A stretch of DNA of 24,000 bases, from the NCBI GenBank assembly GCA_034722175.1, contig JAYENR010000121.1:11982-35981 (forward strand). Reading direction: 5' to 3'. Below the pieces are notes generated by a model. It was not told the origin of the DNA. It saw only the letters and a list, made by a program, of their open reading frames with translations, and ran no database searches. Origin of the DNA: Pseudomonadota bacterium. Its GTDB lineage: Bacteria > Pseudomonadota > Gammaproteobacteria > Thiomicrospirales > Thiomicrospiraceae. A program made the translations under genes and the position numbers. Position 1 is the stretch's first letter; the number at the start of each line of letters is the position of its first letter. Shown here piece by piece: positions 1 through 7,542 of this stretch.

Positions 1-897
1 TTTTTAGAACCTCTACTAAAACTACTGTCGCCGATCGTTTGGTTTGTGAACTTTTTTGCCAATGGCTTCTTAAAACTGTTCCGCATCAACACGAAACATA
101 GCGAAGATCATCACGCACTGTCACAAGAAGAGTTACAAACGCTCATTGACCATGCAACCGGCCAACTGCCAGACGAATACCGCGCCATGTTAACTAGCAT
201 ATTAAAGCTAGAAAGCGTTACTGTTGAAGACGTCATGATTCCAAAACAGGAAGTTGCTGGAGTTAATATTGACCAACCAATTGAAGATATTTTAAAAGAC
301 ATCCAAAAGTCGCGTTACACTCGTATTCCAATCTATCGAGGCACCATCGACGATGACCTTATCGGTATTTTAAACTTGCGTCGAGCACTGCCGACATTGA
401 TGCGCAGCGATGTTACATTACGAGACATTGTAAAACTAACTAGGCCTGCTTACTTTGTTCCAGAAACGACATCGTTAAACATCCAGCTTGGTAAATTTAA
501 TAGCAATAAACGTCGTATGGCGATGATCGTAGATGAATATGGTGATATCCAAGGTTTATTAACCATGGAAGACCTACTAGAAGAGATCGTTGGGAAACTT
601 TCAACCGATTCGAAACCTCTAATTGAAGAGAAAAGCCACCTTAATGAAGATGGCTCGATGACCTTTGATGCCAGCGACTTTATTCGTGACCTCAATAAAG
701 AGCATGACTTCTCTCTACCCACTGATGGGCCTAAAACCTTAAACGGCCTAATTCAAGAAGAGTTAGAAGCTTTGCCCAATATTGGTACCTGTATTCGTAT
801 CGATGACTACATTCTTGAGGTGCTAGAAACCTCCTCTAATGCCATCGAAAAAGTTAAATTAGTCGATATTTCGACCTCAACAGCTGAAAAAGAGTAG
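1..897 (+). CDS. CNNM/HlyC/CorC-family transporter, C-terminal part (5' end outside window)
   Basis: Frame 1 is open from base 1. FLEPLLKLLSPIVWFVNFFANGF reads like the last TM helix of a DUF21/CNNM domain, so the GTG at 46 in the ORF track is internal. Downstream is a tandem CBS-like pair (VEDVMIPK...IPIY and LRDIVKLTRPAYFVPE...MAMIVDEYGDIQGLLTMEDLLEEIVG), then a CorC_HlyC-like C-terminal domain (DGSMTFDASDFIRDLN...). Stop is TAG at 895-897. Confidence 0.85.
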   Translation, partial: FLEPLLKLLSPIVWFVNFFANGFLKLFRINTKHSEDHHALSQEELQTLIDHATGQLPDEYRAMLTSILKLESVTVEDVMIPKQEVAGVNIDQPIEDILKDIQKSRYTRIPIYRGTIDDDLIGILNLRRALPTLMRSDVTLRDIVKLTRPAYFVPETTSLNIQLGKFNSNKRRMAMIVDEYGDIQGLLTMEDLLEEIVGKLSTDSKPLIEEKSHLNEDGSMTFDASDFIRDLNKEHDFSLPTDGPKTLNGLIQEELEALPNIGTCIRIDDYILEVLETSSNAIEKVKLVDISTSTAEKE

Positions 898-901
898 AAC
901 T

Positions 902-1711
902 ATGCCACATCCATTTTCTGATGATGCCGTCTGGGCGCAACTAAAACAAGGCATTATCAAGCTGGCCAAACAAGAAGTGCTGAGCCGTTTTGAAAAAGTC
1001 GGTTTTGAAACCAAAGCAGACGGTTCTTTACTGACTGAAGCCGATACTCAAATGCAAATTAAAACAGAACAGTTTTTAGCCAAACACTGGCCTGAATTTG
1101 CTTTCTTAGGTGAAGAGTCACCAACAGAAGAACAAAATGCCGCCATGCAGAGTCAACAGGGTTGCTGGATTTTAGACCCGGTTGACGGCACCAGCAACTT
1201 TGCAAGTGGCATCCCTTTTTTCTCAGTTTCACTAGCCTTAATGATCAATAGTGAAATCGTAGCAGGCCTGATCTATGATCCGAGTCGTGACGAACTATTT
1301 GCGGCACGTAAAGGGCAAGGTTCAGAGCTAAATGGTCAAGCACTTAAAGCAAAGACTGCAAAAACAGCATTAAAGCAGTGCAGCGGTATTATCGACTTTA
1401 AACGCCTAAGCCCAACCTTAGCGACAAATATTGCTCAACAGGCACCCTACTCTTCACAACGTAGCTTTGGTTCAGTGGCTCTGGACTGGTGTTGGATCGC
1501 AGCAGGTCGTGGACAAATTTATCTGCATGGCGCCCAAAACATCTGGGACTATGCGGCGGGTTGGCTTATCCTTGACGAGGCAGGTGGTTACAGTAGCACC
1601 TTAAATGAAGAAGTTGTGTTATTTCCTCAGGTGGTCAAACGTTCTGCCGTAGCTGCCACCTCTAAAGAGCTATTTACAGAGTGGCAAACTTACATTCGCA
1701 ATCACTCTTAA
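902..1711 (+). CDS. Inositol monophosphatase-family protein (SuhB/CysQ superfamily)
   Basis: 269 aa. Carries the IMPase signature WILDPVDGTSNF and the second signature WDYAAG. The ATG lies 4 nt after the upstream stop. Too divergent to call suhB specifically. Confidence 0.85.
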   Translation: MPHPFSDDAVWAQLKQGIIKLAKQEVLSRFEKVGFETKADGSLLTEADTQMQIKTEQFLAKHWPEFAFLGEESPTEEQNAAMQSQQGCWILDPVDGTSNFASGIPFFSVSLALMINSEIVAGLIYDPSRDELFAARKGQGSELNGQALKAKTAKTALKQCSGIIDFKRLSPTLATNIAQQAPYSSQRSFGSVALDWCWIAAGRGQIYLHGAQNIWDYAAGWLILDEAGGYSSTLNEEVVLFPQVVKRSAVAATSKELFTEWQTYIRNHS

Positions 1712-1719
1712 ATCACATT

Positions 1720-1747
1720 TTGCTCAAGCCCCTTCTCGCTTGAGCAA
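1720..1747 (+). terminator. Perfect 10-bp stem-loop just after the IMPase-family gene (no U-tract)
   Basis: TTGCTCAAGC (1720-1729), loop CCCTTCTC, GCTTGAGCAA (1738-1747), starting 9 nt after the stop codon. It is followed by ACCACCCCC rather than a T-run, so it may be an mRNA 3'-end stabiliser or atypical terminator rather than a canonical intrinsic terminator. Confidence 0.35.
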
Positions 1748-1880
1748 ACCACCCCCTAAATTCACTCTCCTCTCTCCTGCTATCAACAACTGTTTTTATT
1801 TAGTTAGAAACAAATCGTGGCCAATAAGGTCTTATAAATAACAGACCCTGTTTTTTATATGGCAACCTGAGGTTAACATC

Positions 1881-2486
1881 ATGAACACTCTAATCACTAT
1901 TCAATCACTTTTGGATCGTTTCCATTCTTGCACTTTTTTTTCAGCCCTCGCCTCTTTGGGGTTACGACTCTACTTAGCCCCCGTCTTTTGGGTAGCCGGA
2001 ATGAATAAGGTTGAGAGCTTTCCTGATATTGTTCAGTGGTTTGGTAATCCTGACTGGGGCTTAGGCTTGCCGTTTCCAACCCTTATGGCCAGTTTAGCAA
2101 CGGGTGCTGAAGTGTTTGGAGCAGTCGCATTATTATTTGGTTTTGCAGTACGTTGGGCTACTATTCCTTTGATGTTTACCATGATTGTGGCGGCAACCAC
2201 TGTGCACTGGCATAACGGCTGGCAAGCTGTGCATGACATGATGTCACCTTGGGCAAATGAGAATGCAGCAGGGGCTATTGAACGTTTAGAGAAAGCCAAA
2301 GAACTCTTACAGACAAACGGTAACTATGAATGGTTAACGGAACACGGTAACTTTATCGTCAGCAATAACGGGATTGAGTGGGCAGCAACTTATTTTATTA
2401 TGTTGTTAGCACTGTTCTTTTTAGGTGGAGGGCGTTATTTAAGTGCCGATTACTGGATTAGACGTCAATTTATGCCAAACAGTTAA
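1881..2486 (+). CDS. DoxX-family integral membrane protein with a long hydrophilic insert
   Basis: 201 aa with about 4 hydrophobic helices. LRLYLAPVFWVAGMNK is a typical DoxX first helix; GAEVFGAVALLFGF and IPLMFTMIVAATTVHW are also hydrophobic. A roughly 55-aa polar segment (HNGWQAV...NGNYEWLTEHGNFIVSNNGIEW) precedes the last helix. GAGG lies 9 nt upstream of the ATG. Confidence 0.75.
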   Translation: MNTLITIQSLLDRFHSCTFFSALASLGLRLYLAPVFWVAGMNKVESFPDIVQWFGNPDWGLGLPFPTLMASLATGAEVFGAVALLFGFAVRWATIPLMFTMIVAATTVHWHNGWQAVHDMMSPWANENAAGAIERLEKAKELLQTNGNYEWLTEHGNFIVSNNGIEWAATYFIMLLALFFLGGGRYLSADYWIRRQFMPNS

Positions 2487-2511
2487 ATCCAAGAACTCAA
2501 AATTTAGACAC

Positions 2512-2540
2512 AAAAAAACCGAACAGGCCTGTTCGGTTTT
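2512..2540. terminator. Bidirectional intrinsic terminator between convergent DoxX and lipase genes
   Basis: A7 (2512-2518), stem CCGAACA (2519-2525), loop GGCC, stem TGTTCGG (2530-2536), T4 (2537-2540). This gives a hairpin plus U-run on both strands, with the stronger U7 on the minus strand. Confidence 0.8.
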
Positions 2541-2563
2541 GTATGGATTAAACGTAACTGGAT

Positions 2564-4621
2564 TTAGTCTTGTTTAATGGTACTGTTATCCGACACCGAA
2601 ATTGCTGCACCCTGAGTAGCAACAAACGAAGCCATCGCTTCCTGCATAGTGACAGTCGCAGTTACATCTGCGGCAGGTGAAAGAATCGAATTATGATCCC
2701 CAGAAGTAAAACGTAATACCCCTTTACCATCGGTTACCGAACCTGTATCCGTTAGAGCACTCATTTGCTGTAATGCAATCCACGGTTCCGTTCCTGCTAG
2801 TGGCGCAGTTGCAACACTGTTTGGCACAACCTGATCTTGTGATGCTGTGTCAATACCTACCACTTCAATCATCAAACTAGCCGTCATAATGGCAGATATA
2901 TAGTTCACAGGATCCACTGAATCCATTGTGGTTTGAGCCGCTAACAAGAATTTATTAAAGTCCGCAGACCCCGCTTCAATGCCCTGCTCCGCTAAACCAG
3001 CGACAATTTCAGGACCAAACTCAGGTGAACCTGCCAATAAATAGGAAGCTTGAGTCCCTGTCATCGCAAATACTGCTGACTCTAGTTCATTATCAAGGAT
3101 ATCTGTAAAGACACCTCCAACAATTCCACCCAATGAGTGACCTACAAAGGCAACTTTAGTTGGGTCAATAATATTAGTACCAACCGTATTCGCCAATGAT
3201 GGCAAGCTTGCTTTTAGATGCATTAAATCAGAGACTGACTGACGCACATTATCCCGCAGAGTTAACAAACTGCTTAAGTTAATATAGTGGCGACCTGAAC
3301 TGTCAACAACACCATCAGGTGCTGCATCAGTAATAGAACCCTCCTCATCCTGAGTGACGTAATCAACATCAAACTGACGTTCACTGACTCCGTCAATACG
3401 GAAAGAAGCTAGAGCATCGTCCGCAGAAATACCATGCAATGGCATATCTATCGCAATAGAAGCGTAACCTGCTTGAGCTAACGCATCGGCGATTGCAAAC
3501 ACATTTCCTCGATTCTGGGTCACACCATGCTGAAAGATCACCACTGGCCAACCTGCATCCGGCTTAGTTAAACCTGTCGTACCCTCAGCTGGTTTTGTCA
3601 TCAGAACCGGAATAGTTACATCCGCTGTTTTCACTGGAGAAGGGTTAAACTGAGTTAATAAACTGCCTCCAACACCCGACCAGAAAGTATTTAACGGTGC
3701 AATTGGGTTTGTTTCTGATGGTGATGTTAAATAATATGGAACGGTAATTGTGCCACTGTAAATATGCGCTTTTCCTGAGCCACCTACCGCATCGGTTTTG
3801 AGTGACGTGTCTGCCATGGCAATAGAATCATTGGCTACATTCGCTTTTAGAGTATCTAACACATCAGAGGTTGACTGAGTAGTAAAGGTCCACGAAGAGA
3901 CAATCGACTCATCAACTGGAATGAGGTCACTGACTGCAGTCAGCTGTGCCAATGTTAATTGACGAAGAGGCTCTAATCCTTCTAACGACCCAGTCAGAAC
4001 CTCTGTGCCACTCAAGTTCTCATAGATAATACCTTTCGTTAAGGACTCTCCATCCTCATCTTTCAAGCTATCGGACACCACCATCAAATACGTGGTCTTC
4101 GCTGATAAAGGCTTGAGCGGCATAATCGCCACGGTCTGGGCATCCACTGCCATCGGGAAATAATCTACACCAGGTATCAATTGAGCATCAACACTTAACA
4201 CGGCCTTTGTCGCCGGATCAGACGTTGTTTTAAAGACCTTTACACCTAACTCCAAAACATCCGCAATGGTATTTGCATTGGCATCCGTTGTATCCATGGC
4301 CTTCGTTAAGCTAAACGTAATCGGTGAGGTCGTTGAAAACCCATCCAATGCGTTCAATGCAACCGTTGGGTCACTGACATCAGCCGCATCTTCAACGGGA
4401 ATATTTAAAGTACCATCTTCAGAACCTGAAAATAGAGCATCATGCGGGAATGGAATGTCACTGGTCGTAAAGTCCATGACCACACTGCCTTGTGTCTGTG
4501 CAACTTGATCAGATGTCCCTGCCACAGGATCCAAAGTAATGGTTTGATCACTGCCGCCACACCCTGCCAATAAAGCAACTAAAGAGACTAACGCTATTTT
4601 TTTGTATTTAAATGTTTTCAT
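2564..4621 (-). CDS. Outer-membrane/surface lipoprotein lipase or lysophospholipase (bacterial virulence-factor lipase family, VolA / Aeromonas Lip-like)
   Basis: I place the start at the ATG at 4619-4621 (MKTFKYKK...), with AGGAGG at 4628-4633 and a 6-nt spacer. The ORF-track start at 4645 adds 8 residues with no SD. Lipoprotein signal with lipobox LLAG|C. This is the only Cys in the whole protein, and +2 is Gly, which means outer-membrane sorting under the E. coli Lol rule. A long acidic, T/S-rich, beta-looking N-terminal half is followed by an alpha/beta-hydrolase half: VVIFQHG (oxyanion region), nucleophile elbow GHSLGG (encoded at 3125-3142), DQVVPN (likely Asp) and SGDHNS (likely His). 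The size (685 aa) and architecture fit the family. Confidence 0.75.
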   Translation of the reverse strand: MKTFKYKKIALVSLVALLAGCGGSDQTITLDPVAGTSDQVAQTQGSVVMDFTTSDIPFPHDALFSGSEDGTLNIPVEDAADVSDPTVALNALDGFSTTSPITFSLTKAMDTTDANANTIADVLELGVKVFKTTSDPATKAVLSVDAQLIPGVDYFPMAVDAQTVAIMPLKPLSAKTTYLMVVSDSLKDEDGESLTKGIIYENLSGTEVLTGSLEGLEPLRQLTLAQLTAVSDLIPVDESIVSSWTFTTQSTSDVLDTLKANVANDSIAMADTSLKTDAVGGSGKAHIYSGTITVPYYLTSPSETNPIAPLNTFWSGVGGSLLTQFNPSPVKTADVTIPVLMTKPAEGTTGLTKPDAGWPVVIFQHGVTQNRGNVFAIADALAQAGYASIAIDMPLHGISADDALASFRIDGVSERQFDVDYVTQDEEGSITDAAPDGVVDSSGRHYINLSSLLTLRDNVRQSVSDLMHLKASLPSLANTVGTNIIDPTKVAFVGHSLGGIVGGVFTDILDNELESAVFAMTGTQASYLLAGSPEFGPEIVAGLAEQGIEAGSADFNKFLLAAQTTMDSVDPVNYISAIMTASLMIEVVGIDTASQDQVVPNSVATAPLAGTEPWIALQQMSALTDTGSVTDGKGVLRFTSGDHNSILSPAADVTATVTMQEAMASFVATQGAAISVSDNSTIKQD

Positions 4622-4632
4622 CCTATTCCTCC

Positions 4633-5898
4633 TTAGTAGTTCCAAACCAACTGTGCACTGACAATATCAATACTTGTGTCAAATTCACCCACTAGCACAT
4701 GCTGCTCTGTATCCGAATCGGTCGCTTCAATTTTGGGATTACCACCCGCAAGATGACTATAGGCAACATCAATACGCATGGTGTCATTTAACTGATAGCC
4801 CGCACCAAACGATAACCACAGACGATCACTATCAGGGATACGTGGTGTTCTTAACAACTCATTTTTAATCGGTGTTTCATCAAATGCCACCCCGGTTCTT
4901 AATGTCCACTGGTCATTATATTGATGCAACACCCCTAACGAGTAGCGCATGACATCTTTCCACTCTTCTGGTTGAACCGAATCATCTTTAATATCAAATT
5001 CAATACGCAGTTCATCAAATGAACTCCAACCCGTCCAGGTTGCATCGGCTAACAGCTTAGTTTTTTGATCAATCGGCAATTCATAACTAACCGAGGCCAT
5101 TGCAGGCAGAGCCACACTGGCTTCAATATCCTGATCTGCATAAGCGGGGTTTGAAACGTCCTCTGGCAACATAAACTCAGCCGTTCCTGTTGCATGGTGA
5201 CTCACCTTTGACCGATAGTTCAAACCGAGCTTTGATTGGTTTTCAAACTGATACAACAGTCCGAGGTTAACACCAAACCCCCATCCAGAGGCTTCTAGAT
5301 CTGCGTAGCCATCATTAGATTGCGGTACACTGGTTAATCCAAAATCGATTTTTTGAGTAAGGTTTACATGAATATACTGAGCGTTCAGACCAAAACCAAC
5401 AGAGAGTTGATCGTTTATCTGACGAGAGATGGCAGGGTTAATGTTGACCGTCTTAGTTTCAGTATAAACAGCATGATAACGACCAACCCAGTCTTGATCG
5501 TATTCCACGACTGAACCAAATGGAACATTAATACCCAGTCCTAAATCATAACCTTGGTACTGACTTTTCCAATAAAAGTTTGGAATCAGTGCTACATTTG
5601 CACCATTATCATCATCACCATATAACGGCCCGGTATTTTTTACATAGGACCCATCATTGCTAAAAGGCGCATTGGGCGCAATAATGTGTAAAGCACCAAT
5701 GATTTGATCATTATCAATATCGCTTAACCCCGCTGGGTTAAACCACATCACGCTGGCATCTTCGGTATTGACCGCTGCACCGGCATAAGATAACCCCTGA
5801 CCACTGGCACTTTGTTCGATTAATCCAAAACCAGCAGCCATAACCGTCTGACTTGAAATGGCCAATAACACAGCCGATGCTAACTTCAATCTCTTCAT
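4633..5898 (-). CDS. fadL: FadL-family outer-membrane long-chain fatty acid / hydrophobic compound channel
   Basis: 421 aa. Signal peptide MKRLKLASAVLLAISSQTVMA|AGFG, FadL N-terminal hatch GFGLIEQSASGQGLSYAGAA, and an NPAGL motif. The body shows the alternating beta-barrel pattern and ends in an aromatic residue (LVWNY). GGAG lies about 10 nt upstream of the ATG. Confidence 0.9.
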   Translation of the reverse strand: MKRLKLASAVLLAISSQTVMAAGFGLIEQSASGQGLSYAGAAVNTEDASVMWFNPAGLSDIDNDQIIGALHIIAPNAPFSNDGSYVKNTGPLYGDDDNGANVALIPNFYWKSQYQGYDLGLGINVPFGSVVEYDQDWVGRYHAVYTETKTVNINPAISRQINDQLSVGFGLNAQYIHVNLTQKIDFGLTSVPQSNDGYADLEASGWGFGVNLGLLYQFENQSKLGLNYRSKVSHHATGTAEFMLPEDVSNPAYADQDIEASVALPAMASVSYELPIDQKTKLLADATWTGWSSFDELRIEFDIKDDSVQPEEWKDVMRYSLGVLHQYNDQWTLRTGVAFDETPIKNELLRTPRIPDSDRLWLSFGAGYQLNDTMRIDVAYSHLAGGNPKIEATDSDTEQHVLVGEFDTSIDIVSAQLVWNY

Positions 5899-5934
5899 TT
5901 ACACTCACTCCGTTGTTCCGTAACACATTTTTTC

Positions 5935-5943
5935 ATTCTAACA
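5935..5943 (-). promoter_or_regulatory. Candidate extended -10 promoter element for fadL-lipase operon
   Basis: The minus strand reads TGTTAGAAT (TGn + TAGAAT), about 37-45 nt upstream of the fadL ATG. No good -35 is present, which is acceptable for extended -10 promoters. Prediction by eye only. Confidence 0.25.
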
Positions 5944-6027
5944 CCGTGCATTAATAGGTAATTAGTCTATTAAATGCATAATTAATACAACTTGATTTCA
6001 AACAATAATTACCTTCTATTCTGTTTT

Positions 6028-6045
6028 AACCAGGCCTGTTCAGTT
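6028..6045. repeat. Intergenic 18-nt motif, copy 1 (AACCAGGCCTGTTCAGTT)
   Basis: Lies 17 nt downstream of the radA stop and 129 nt upstream of the fadL start. It is identical to copy 3 and matches copy 2 at 17 of 18 positions, in the same orientation. Confidence 0.8.
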
Positions 6046-6062
6046 TCAAATTGCGATTAAAA

Positions 6063-7424
6063 CTACAACGCATCTAAAGCTTGCTGCAAGCTCTTCACCC
6101 CAACTATCTCCATGCCAGAAACCCCACCTTTTGGCACATTCGCTAAGGGGACAACCGCTCGCTTAAAGCCGTGTTTAGCCGCTTCAATAATACGCTCTTG
6201 CCCGCTTGGAACAGGTCGAATTTCTCCTGCTAAACCCACCTCACCGAAGACAATTAAATCTTGTGACAATGGCTGGTTACGCATACTAGAAAGAATAGAA
6301 CATAGCACCGCCAAATCGGCACTGGTTTCAGTGACTTTAACCCCACCCACCACGTTTACATAAACATCTTGATCACTCGCTTGAATACCACCGTGTCGAT
6401 GCATTACTGCCAATAACATTGCCATACGGTTTTGGTCTAATCCAACGGTGACACGTCGTGGCGCACCATAAGGGGAGTCATCAACGAGGGCTTGAATCTC
6501 GACTAACAATGGACGAGACCCCTCCCAAACCACCATCACCACCGATCCAGGGGAGGCATCCTCACCACGTGATAAAAAAATGGCAGACGGATTCTTGACT
6601 TGCTTCATTCCTTTTTCTGTCATCGCAAACACGCCGAGTTCATTGACTGCACCAAAACGGTTTTTAATGGCACGTAAAGTACGAAAACGACTATCAGACT
6701 GCCCCTCTAAAAACACCACGGTATCCACTATATGCTCTAATACTCGCGGGCCCGCGACTTCTCCAGATTTGGTGACATGACCGACGAGAAATACGGCAAC
6801 ATTATTCTGTTTAGCATAACGGGTTAAATAGGCCGCTGTTTCTCTAACCTGAGAGACACCACCAGCGGCACTACTCACCTCAGCCAACTGCATGGTTTGG
6901 ATAGAATCCACCACCATCACTTTTGGCTCTTCTTTCTGAGCGGCATGGGCAATTAATTCAATATCCGTTTCGGTCAATAGGCGTAATTTTTCATCTGGCA
7001 ATTGCATACGTTTAGCTCGCATTGCAACTTGTTGCAATGACTCTTCACCAGTGACATAGAGTACCGGCATCTGCTCACTTAATTGACACATCACCTGCAA
7101 TAGAATAGAGGACTTACCCACACCTGGATCGCCACCAATCAACACCACGGAACCCGGAACAATGCCACCACCCAAAACACGATCTAACTCGGACATCGAA
7201 GAGGACATTCTAGGGACTTCGTCAAGATTCACTTCATGAATCGCTTTAACCTGGTTGTCATTGGCACCACTATAACCAGCCGAGCTTGCACTCTTTGCTT
7301 TACTCGAACCTAACTTAATCTCTTTAAGTGTGTTCCAAGCTTTACAAGATTGACACTGACCTTGCCATTGTGAATATTCTGCACCACAATCCGTACAAAC
7401 ATAGGCACTTTTAATTTTTGCCAT
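6063..7424 (-). CDS. radA: DNA repair protein RadA/Sms
   Basis: 453 aa. N-terminal zinc finger CTDCGAEYSQWQGQCQSCKAWN, Walker A GDPGVGKSS, the RadA-specific KNRFG motif (AIKNRFGAVNELGVF), and a Lon-protease-like C-terminal domain. Confidence 0.95.
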   Translation of the reverse strand: MAKIKSAYVCTDCGAEYSQWQGQCQSCKAWNTLKEIKLGSSKAKSASSAGYSGANDNQVKAIHEVNLDEVPRMSSSMSELDRVLGGGIVPGSVVLIGGDPGVGKSSILLQVMCQLSEQMPVLYVTGEESLQQVAMRAKRMQLPDEKLRLLTETDIELIAHAAQKEEPKVMVVDSIQTMQLAEVSSAAGGVSQVRETAAYLTRYAKQNNVAVFLVGHVTKSGEVAGPRVLEHIVDTVVFLEGQSDSRFRTLRAIKNRFGAVNELGVFAMTEKGMKQVKNPSAIFLSRGEDASPGSVVMVVWEGSRPLLVEIQALVDDSPYGAPRRVTVGLDQNRMAMLLAVMHRHGGIQASDQDVYVNVVGGVKVTETSADLAVLCSILSSMRNQPLSQDLIVFGEVGLAGEIRPVPSGQERIIEAAKHGFKRAVVPLANVPKGGVSGMEIVGVKSLQQALDAL

Positions 7425-7472
7425 AATGATTTAATCCAAACAAAACATAATAAAGAATACAGTTAAGCCTTT

Positions 7473-7490
7473 AACCAGGCCTGTCCAGTT
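7473..7490. repeat. Intergenic 18-nt motif, copy 2 (AACCAGGCCTGTCCAGTT)
   Basis: Lies 48 nt upstream of the radA start codon, immediately promoter-proximal to the petC terminator. It differs from copies 1 and 3 by one T-to-C change. Confidence 0.8.
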
Positions 7491-7498
7491 CTATAAAA

Positions 7499-7528
7499 AC
7501 AAAAAAGCCCGCAAATAAGCGGGCTTTT
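7499..7528 (-). terminator. Intrinsic terminator of petABC
   Basis: Stem GCCCGC (7507-7512), loop AAATAA, stem GCGGGC (7519-7524). On the minus strand it is followed by T7. It starts 15 nt after the petC stop. Confidence 0.85.
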
Positions 7529-7542
7529 GGATGGAGATAAGC

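Noticed and set aside
1839-1856. A small hairpin, AACAG-ACC-CTGTT, followed by T-rich sequence, upstream of the DoxX gene.
   Set aside because: The stem is only 4-5 bp with a 3-nt loop, and it sits about 25 nt before the DoxX start codon. It is more likely part of the promoter or 5' UTR than a terminator.
4622-4645. The ORF-track start of the lipase gene (MELLRRNR...), 8 codons upstream of MKTFKYKK.
   Set aside because: That start would lie inside the fadL coding end, with no SD. The internal ATG at 4621 has a perfect AGGAGG at 6-nt spacing and yields a canonical lipoprotein signal peptide.
6028-6045. Possibility that the 18-nt motif is a FadR-type operator. The minus strand reads AACTGAACAGGCCTGGTT, against the E. 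coli FadR consensus (as I remember it) ANCTGGTCNGACNTGTT, which matches about 10 of 14 specified positions. One copy lies upstream of fadL.
   Set aside because: The match is partial and relies on my memory of the consensus. The motif lacks the CTGGT/ACCAG dyad symmetry of GntR-family sites. One copy precedes radA, and no fadR gene is in the window. It is kept only as something a genome-wide regulon search could revisit.
7473-7490. The motif as a sigma-70, sigma-E (GGAACTT-N16-TCnaA) or sigma-54 promoter.
   Set aside because: The conserved block spans what would be the spacer. The would-be -10 positions differ between copies (TAAAAC, TAAAGG, TAGTAT), and there is no GG-N10-GC sigma-54 pattern. 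Distances to the downstream start codons (48, 64 and 129 nt) are also inconsistent.
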